Positions 46,745-52,179 of a stretch of DNA of 52,179 nt are shown here, piece by piece. Both the position numbers and the translations under genes were made by a program. Position 1 is the first letter of the stretch, and the number at the start of each line of letters is the position of its first letter. This DNA is from a virus. Taxonomy: Duplodnaviria > Caudoviricetes. The stretch spans positions 1 to 52,179 of IMG/VR virus record IMGVR_UViG_3300037721_000093. One strand, written 5' to 3'. The notes under the pieces were generated by a model. That model did not search any database, was not told where the DNA came from, and saw only the letters and a program-made list of their open reading frames with translations.

Positions 46745-47557
46745 ATGGCGCAGCATATCATCCTAGCCGGCGACTGCCGGGCGCTTGAGCCGCGCGAAGT
46801 GCCCGAAAACGCGGTCATGATCACGGACCCGCCCTATTCGGATCACGTTCACGACAGCATGACGTCTTGCGCGCAGCACGGCGCCCGGAAAGGCGTGCGC
46901 CAGCGCGACGCTGGATTCGGCTCGCTGAGTCCGGAGCTCCGCGCGCACGTCGCCGCGCTCGGCGCGCGCTGTCGATGGTCGGTCGTCTTCAGCGACTGGG
47001 AGGGGCTCTCCGCCTGGCGCGAAGCTTTCAACGCGCAGCCAAATTACCGCTACGTCCGCGTCGTGCCGTGGATCCGCTGGAGCATGCCGCAAATGTCGAA
47101 AGATCGGCCGCCCCAGGGCAGCGAGGCGATCATTATCGCCGGCCACACCAAACCAATGCGCTGGAGCGGGCCCGGCAATCTGACCCATTTTGATGAAGCG
47201 TGCGAACGCGGCGACGAGAAACACCCGACCGCGAAGCCGCTCGACCTGATGTGTCGGCTCGTGCAGTATTTCAGCGAGCCCGGCGAGCTGATTCTGGATC
47301 CGTGTTGCGGGCGCGGAACGACGATTCTGGCCGCGAAGCTGCTCGGACGCGATGGTCTCGGGATTGACGACGAGCAACTTCCGGGCGAAGCGGGCCGCGC
47401 GCGCGCTCGGGTTGACGCGGGCAAAGACCTGAATGACCGAGATTTGACGCGCTGGCAACGCTATCTTGACGGCGTCGCGGCGGAAGAAAAAGACGGCGAG
47501 CGGCGAGCCGCGACGAACGCGGCCGTCATTGCTCGACGCAAGGCGAAAGTAACATGA
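46745..47557 (+). CDS. N4/N6 DNA methyltransferase (beta class)
   Basis: GDC, ITDPPY, HPTAKP, ILDPCCGRGTT. Confidence 0.9.
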   Translation: MAQHIILAGDCRALEPREVPENAVMITDPPYSDHVHDSMTSCAQHGARKGVRQRDAGFGSLSPELRAHVAALGARCRWSVVFSDWEGLSAWREAFNAQPNYRYVRVVPWIRWSMPQMSKDRPPQGSEAIIIAGHTKPMRWSGPGNLTHFDEACERGDEKHPTAKPLDLMCRLVQYFSEPGELILDPCCGRGTTILAAKLLGRDGLGIDDEQLPGEAGRARARVDAGKDLNDRDLTRWQRYLDGVAAEEKDGERRAATNAAVIARRKAKVT

Positions 47558-47730
47558 CGTGCGGATTCGGAATAAATGGCGGCGAGTGCTATGCGTGCGA
47601 GCTCGCCCGAAAAGCGGCCGTTGCGGCTCCGACCAAACCGATCGCGGAAAATCATGAAGCGCTGCACCCGGTCGAGAGACCGAGCACATGGCTTCAGCGC
47701 GAGCGTGAACGAGATCACCCCGAGGGGTGA
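47554..47730 (+). CDS. 58-aa hypothetical protein (below ORF track cutoff)
   Basis: Hand-translated MTCGFGINGGECYACELAR...; ATGA overlap. Confidence 0.4.
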   Translation: MTCGFGINGGECYACELARKAAVAAPTKPIAENHEALHPVERPSTWLQRERERDHPEG

Positions 47731-47759
47731 ATGCGCGTCGGCGCGCGCCGTGGCGTAAT
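47715..47759 (+). promoter_or_regulatory. Operator/promoter element copy 2
   Basis: TCACCCCGAGGGGTGA-N23-CGTAAT; ATG 6 nt downstream. Confidence 0.7.
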
Positions 47760-47765
47760 TCAGAC

Positions 47766-48086
47766 ATGACGATCCCAATTCATCTACAGTTCCGATCCGA
47801 ATCCGAGGCCTACCGCGCCGCGAGCGACTCGCTCTCCGCAGCGTACGAAGGTCTCGCGACGCGTTCGTTCAGCGAATCGATCGAGCGTGAGACGGCGATT
47901 CAGGTCGCACGCCTGACGCATTTTCGCTGCTCGCAAGAGTACCTATGCGAGTTCCGGGATGAAGACCCTCACGACCCGACGCAAGTTTCAGCGAGCGACG
48001 GCCCCCTCGCGCCGCAGAAGGTCCGAATCGCGGCGCTCGGCCGCCGCCTGGGCCTGATGGGCGAGCCGCCTCCGGAGGCAACATGA
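47766..48086 (+). CDS. Hypothetical protein, probably leaderless
   Basis: Start directly after element copy 2. Confidence 0.55.
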   Translation: MTIPIHLQFRSESEAYRAASDSLSAAYEGLATRSFSESIERETAIQVARLTHFRCSQEYLCEFRDEDPHDPTQVSASDGPLAPQKVRIAALGRRLGLMGEPPPEAT

Positions 48087-48301
48087 GCAACGCCAAAGTC
48101 AGAGCTCGCCGCCGACGGCGCAACGCCCGCGCCGCGCGGAACGAGCGAGCGCGTTTCATCGCGAGCGTCGATTGGCCTGACGCGATCCGGCGCTTCTACG
48201 CCGGCCGTCCGCTTCCGCTACGCACCCGAGCGTGGGTCAAAATGCTGACATTCGGCGAGCGAATGTTTTTCGGCGGTCTCACAAGAAAGGTCCCTCAATA
48301 A
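48083..48301 (+). CDS. Small Arg-rich protein
   Basis: GGAGG SD; overlaps with neighbours. Confidence 0.55.
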   Translation: MSNAKVRARRRRRNARAARNERARFIASVDWPDAIRRFYAGRPLPLRTRAWVKMLTFGERMFFGGLTRKVPQ

Positions 48302-48828
48302 TGCACGCTAGTGTTCTGTCCTTCATCGAACGGTTCGCGCCCGACGTGCGCGGCAGGTCAATTCTCGAAGTCGGCTCGAAGAATATCAACGGCTCGGTCC
48401 GGTCCGTTCTCGAGCCGCGCGAGCCGTCGAGCTACGTCGGGATCGATGTCGAGCCGGGTGAAGGTGTCGACCGAGTGACGAGCGTCGAGCAGATGGCTTT
48501 TCAAACAGAAGTTTGCGGTCGGCCTTTTGACATCGTCGTCTCAGCCGAGATGCTAGAGCACGCGCAAGATTGGCATGCGGCTTTTCGCGCGATGGCCGAG
48601 CTGCTCGTGCCCGGCGGCTGGCTGCTCCTGACGACGCGCAGCGAGGGTTTTCCGTACCACAACCCCCCCGACTACTGGCGCTTCGATGCCGCGACGCTGG
48701 AGCAGGCGGCGCGCGCGTGCGGGCTGCTCGTCGTCAACCTGGATCCGGACCCGCAGGTGCCCGGGATTTTCCTCAAAGCGATGAAGCTGAAAATGCCCGC
48801 GGCGCTCGCGATGCCGCAGCCTACCTAA
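48301..48828 (+). CDS. Class I SAM-dependent methyltransferase (not a DNA MTase type)
   Basis: ILEVGS..INGS.R, YVGID..PG.GVD, FD.VVS.E.LEH, L.PGG.L, FPYH..P.DYWRF. Confidence 0.85.
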   Translation: MHASVLSFIERFAPDVRGRSILEVGSKNINGSVRSVLEPREPSSYVGIDVEPGEGVDRVTSVEQMAFQTEVCGRPFDIVVSAEMLEHAQDWHAAFRAMAELLVPGGWLLLTTRSEGFPYHNPPDYWRFDAATLEQAARACGLLVVNLDPDPQVPGIFLKAMKLKMPAALAMPQPT

Positions 48829-48843
48829 CCCTACATTTCCGTA

Positions 48844-48888
48844 TCACCTCTAGGGGTGAATGCGCGTCAATCTCGCTCGATCCATAAT
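48844..48888 (+). promoter_or_regulatory. Operator/promoter element copy 3
   Basis: TCACCTCTAGGGGTGA-N23-CATAAT; also shares GATCCATAATAA with copy 1. Confidence 0.75.
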
Positions 48889-48930
48889 AATTGTGTGGCC
48901 GTCGCAGTGACGGCCCGGAAGGAGCGAGAG

Positions 48931-49143
48931 ATGACGACCGAACGAGAGCGACAAGCAGCGGCGAACGACGGCCCGTATGGGGGATGTGACTGGATCGTTT
49001 ATCCGGCACGAGCGTTCGCAGGGACCGTGCTCCCGGTGGAATGCAGAGCAGGAACGGAGCGCGGCGCATTGCGCGTGGCAGAGGCGGAGCACCCTGGGGT
49101 GGTGTTCCTGAGCGCCGTTCCCGGGCGTTTGCGCAAACGCTGA
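48931..49143 (+). CDS. Small hypothetical protein
   Basis: AAGGAG SD. Confidence 0.55.
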   Translation: MTTERERQAAANDGPYGGCDWIVYPARAFAGTVLPVECRAGTERGALRVAEAEHPGVVFLSAVPGRLRKR

Positions 49144-49178
49144 CCCGCCCGCCAGCAACCCAAAGCAGGAGAAAGAAA

Positions 49179-49571
49179 ATGTCCGAAAAGTTTGATTACA
49201 AGTACGAAATCTCAAAGCTTGAAGAAGGGATCCGCCTCGGGACGATCACGGCTGGCGAAGCATTCTCGCTGCTGGCCATGAAAATGCATGAGCACTTTTC
49301 GCGCGTCATGTGCGATTCCGCCGCCGCGTCGGCAGCGAAGCCGTGCGAGCCGGTCCGAGTCAGCTTCCGAAAGAACGTCGAAGTCGCGCCTTACAAGCAC
49401 GAGCACGTCGAAGTGACGGTCGAGCTCAACGGCTCGTCGTTCGCCGAAGCGATGCAAAAGGCAAAAGACCTGGCCGATGATGCGCTCGGCCTGAACGCCG
49501 TCGACGAAGACGATATCGCCTACGCGAAGGAAATCCTTCGCAAGGCGGCTCGCTCAGGAAAGGCGGGCTGA
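49179..49571 (+). CDS. Hypothetical protein
   Basis: AGGAG SD; VSFRK...APYKHE.VEV. Confidence 0.6.
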   Translation: MSEKFDYKYEISKLEEGIRLGTITAGEAFSLLAMKMHEHFSRVMCDSAAASAAKPCEPVRVSFRKNVEVAPYKHEHVEVTVELNGSSFAEAMQKAKDLADDALGLNAVDEDDIAYAKEILRKAARSGKAG

Positions 49572-49574
49572 TCT

Positions 49575-50417
49575 GTGAAAAACCTTGCCGCTCTCTTCGC
49601 CTTGGCTCTCGGCGGATGCGCCGCCGGCCACGACTTCACCCGCGTCGAAGTTGAATTCGATGCCCCGCTCGTCGCGCACGTCGAGCTGATTGATCCGCCG
49701 GTCTCCGAAGAGACTTTCGAGCAGTTTGAGATCGATCCGCCCGCGGAGCAATTCCACGGCGGCGTCGCGATCAAAGGCTACGGCAACGAAGCGGGCGGCA
49801 AGATTTACCTGCAAGATGGCGGCGAGACGACCTGGGCGTTTGCCGTCGACGTCCCGCCGACCGCCGAGCAGCTCGCTTCCGCCCGGCGGACTTTCGCTCG
49901 CCTGAGCGAGCTGCTTCCAAATTGGACCTTCGTCGAGCTGCCCGCGCACAACGGCCAGACCGATATCGTCCTGCAGCTCTCCGACCCGGAGAAGCGCGGC
50001 AGCGAAGGCTGCTACGACGCGCTCGCGTCGGGCGCATGCTGGTTTGCCAGCGCCCGTTGCGCGAAGGTCATCAGCGTCCCGACGGGCGACCCTGACGTGA
50101 AGGTGTGCGAGCAGTCTTCGATCAGCATCGGCCAGCACGGCGTCGACGGCTTCGCCGAATCCGCCGAGCTCGACCGCGCCGTCGTCTGGGACGCGATGTT
50201 CCTGCACGAGATCGGCCACACTCTCGGACTTGATCACGCGCCGCGCTCGACGGGATCGATCATGAAGGCGAAGCTGCCGATCGAAGGCTGGCTCGGCCGC
50301 GCCGAGCAAGCGACTTTCAGCGCATGCGAGCTCGCTCAGCTGCGCGGCTACTATCCGATGCCCGGCGCCGAGGCGCCATTAGCGTGGCATGACGCGCCGG
50401 AATGTGAGGAATTATGA
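49575..50417 (+). CDS. Lipoprotein metzincin (matrixin-like) zinc protease
   Basis: MKNLAALFALALGGC lipobox; HEIGHTLGLDH and Met-turn SIM. Confidence 0.85.
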   Translation: MKNLAALFALALGGCAAGHDFTRVEVEFDAPLVAHVELIDPPVSEETFEQFEIDPPAEQFHGGVAIKGYGNEAGGKIYLQDGGETTWAFAVDVPPTAEQLASARRTFARLSELLPNWTFVELPAHNGQTDIVLQLSDPEKRGSEGCYDALASGACWFASARCAKVISVPTGDPDVKVCEQSSISIGQHGVDGFAESAELDRAVVWDAMFLHEIGHTLGLDHAPRSTGSIMKAKLPIEGWLGRAEQATFSACELAQLRGYYPMPGAEAPLAWHDAPECEEL

Positions 50418-50482
50418 AAAAGCTGTTTCGCGATAACGTGGGAAGGCTGGCCGCAGCGATTGAGTACCTGAAGCGGCGTGCA

Positions 50483-50525
50483 GTACCTCAGGGGTGAATG
50501 CCCGTGCCCGCGAGCGAGCTATTCT
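50483..50525 (+). promoter_or_regulatory. Operator/promoter element copy 4 (degenerate left half)
   Basis: ACCTCAGGGGTGA-N22-TATTCT. Confidence 0.6.
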
Positions 50526-50574
50526 GTACAGGGTGAGGCCGTCGCCGTGGCGGCCCCGGAACGAGGAGAGCGAG

Positions 50575-50814
50575 ATGCAGACCGAAACGACTTGGACGAT
50601 TCGGGAATTGAACCCGGTGATCGAGCACCATGAGGCGCACATACGATCGGCGCTCGGCCATCAGCAAGCCGTGGCGCTAGAGCAGGCGGCTACGCTCGAG
50701 CGTTTTCGCGAGTGCCGAGCCGAGGCCGTCGCGTATCGTGTCATTAACGCGCAACGCCTCTATTGGCTCCACGCGCAGTGCTTGTGTGAGATTCTGCGTG
50801 GCGATTACTGCTGA
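50575..50814 (+). CDS. Hypothetical protein
   Basis: GAGGAG SD. Confidence 0.55.
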   Translation: MQTETTWTIRELNPVIEHHEAHIRSALGHQQAVALEQAATLERFRECRAEAVAYRVINAQRLYWLHAQCLCEILRGDYC

Positions 50815-50897
50815 CCCGCCCGGCTGCGGCAGGGGCCTTCCCCCGGAGCCGCGGCAGGGTGCGCCATCTGCGGCCACCAACCACACGGGAGGATACA

Positions 50898-51692
50898 ATG
50901 CGAAAAATCGTAATGACGGCCGCGTTCGCGGCCATGGCATGCGGCGCTCAGGCAGAAACGCTGGAGCTCGAGACCACGCAAGAGGCGCTGATCGCCGATA
51001 ACAACTTCGGCGTGACTGCGCAGGGGTTGCGTCAGTGCAACGCTGGCGTCACCGGCCAGTGCTACTATCCGCCGGGGTTTGGCGACGCGAACGCGCCGAA
51101 CCCTTACCGCTGGGACGTGTGCCCTGTAACCACCGGCATGGATCAGGGGCAGATGCAGCGCGCGAACGCCGCTCAACAGACCGTCATGAACGCCTTACGC
51201 GACGGCGGCGCGGACGTCGGGTTCGGTTGTCCGGCATCCGGCGCGACGCCCGAGATCCAGATCTTGAAGGGGGGTAACTCACTGGCAACGTGCCAGCCCG
51301 GCACGAACTGCACGTCGTTGAACAAGTGGTATTTTATGGCATTCTGCACCGTGAAACAACCCCTCGGCGAGTCCCCGTCGATCCCGGGCAGCGAACATGC
51401 GTACTGCTATAAGTGGAATGTCGAGGTGAACTACAACCACATCGACGCGACGTTCCCGGCCGGCTTGGGGCGCGATCAGGTCTATGAGAACGTAATCGGC
51501 GCGGCCCTGAGCGCGGCGATCGTGGGCTCAGGTCAGCACAGCGTTCAGTCGTTGAATAACTACTGGAGCTTCGATGCGGTCAGCCCCACGGCGAAGCACG
51601 GCTTGCACCCGGCGGACTTCTGCCGAGCAGCCGCTGATTACGAAGGCGTGGACTTTTTCAGTATCCGCAAACAGGACAACAGCTGCGACTGA
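50898..51692 (+). CDS. Cys-rich exported protein/lipoprotein
   Basis: GGAGG SD; MRKIVMTAAFAAMAC signal; many Cys. Confidence 0.7.
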   Translation: MRKIVMTAAFAAMACGAQAETLELETTQEALIADNNFGVTAQGLRQCNAGVTGQCYYPPGFGDANAPNPYRWDVCPVTTGMDQGQMQRANAAQQTVMNALRDGGADVGFGCPASGATPEIQILKGGNSLATCQPGTNCTSLNKWYFMAFCTVKQPLGESPSIPGSEHAYCYKWNVEVNYNHIDATFPAGLGRDQVYENVIGAALSAAIVGSGQHSVQSLNNYWSFDAVSPTAKHGLHPADFCRAAADYEGVDFFSIRKQDNSCD

Positions 51693-51888
51693 GCCGCACG
51701 GCGCAATGGATCGCTGGAATTAGGTCTCTGGGCCGGGGTAGATCTGAAATCGGTGTGTGTGTTCCGGGGGGGCAGATCTCCCACCACGTGCCACCCCGGC
51801 CCCTAAAGTAGGGTCCCCCCGCAGACATCCCCACTCGAGCTCACATGAGCTCACCTTCGTCTCCTCATTCCTCACCTCATCCCACACT

Positions 51889-51930
51889 AGCCCCCAATGT
51901 GCGCACATCGCCCACATTGGGGGCTTTTCT
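51889..51930 (+). terminator. Terminator-like hairpin
   Basis: 13-bp stem AGCCCCCAATGTG/CACATTGGGGGCT followed by TTTCT. Confidence 0.55.
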
Positions 51931-51957
51931 GCGTCTTGCGCCCACGTGTAGGCAGAA

Positions 51958-52154
51958 GTAGGAGAAAAAAAGAGCTTGACACCAGATTTCCCTTGCTTTC
52001 CTCAAATCCCCTTTCGGAGGTGCGCCCGTGTAGGCGCGCCGCGCCGCCTACGTGTAGGAGAAAAAAAGAGCTTGACACCAGATTTCCCTTGCTTTCCTCA
52101 AATCCCCTTTCGGAGGTGCGCCCGTGTAGGCGCGCCGCGCCGCCTACGTGTAGG
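51958..52154. repeat. Tandem direct repeat, 96-bp period, two copies
   Basis: 51958-52053 repeated exactly at 52054-52149. Confidence 0.9.
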
Positions 52155-52179
52155 CGTAGGTCGCCTAAATCTTGAGCTG
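52053..52179. repeat. Terminal direct repeat, copy 2
   Basis: Identical to 1-127. Confidence 0.9.

Noticed and set aside
809-51692. Genome-wide stop-codon recoding or tRNA genes
   Set aside because: TAA, TAG and TGA all end intact genes; no cloverleaf recognised by eye

Overview
The window looks like a complete, GC-rich tailed-phage genome of about 52.05 kb, assembled as a circle: bases 1-127 are identical to 52053-52179. Layout: (i) a non-coding origin-like region across the junction and a leftward primase-polymerase/ATPase; (ii) a rightward early/replication operon (3.8-20.5 kb) with DinG-like and SF2 helicases, Orn-like, HNH, Cas4-like and RuvC-like nucleases, a family A DNA polymerase, several nucleotide hydrolases, a 2OG-Fe(II) oxygenase and a GT2-TPR glycosyltransferase; (iii) a leftward Mu-like contractile-tail virion operon (21-46.5 kb) with terminase but no transposase or integrase; (iv) a rightward accessory block with methyltransferases and lipoproteins. 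Best candidate novel system (inference): a phage-encoded collagen/virion glycosylation pathway, with two glycosyltransferases, an oxygenase and a SAM methyltransferase, plus Thr-rich Gly-X-Thr repeats on both a tail fibre and the capsid decoration protein. Other signals: a four-copy palindromic operator/promoter regulon, a self-symmetric bidirectional promoter, a structured intergenic RNA candidate, duplicated tail tube and chaperone genes, and an altered PolA motif B. All protein calls come from motif recognition and synteny by eye; no searches were run.
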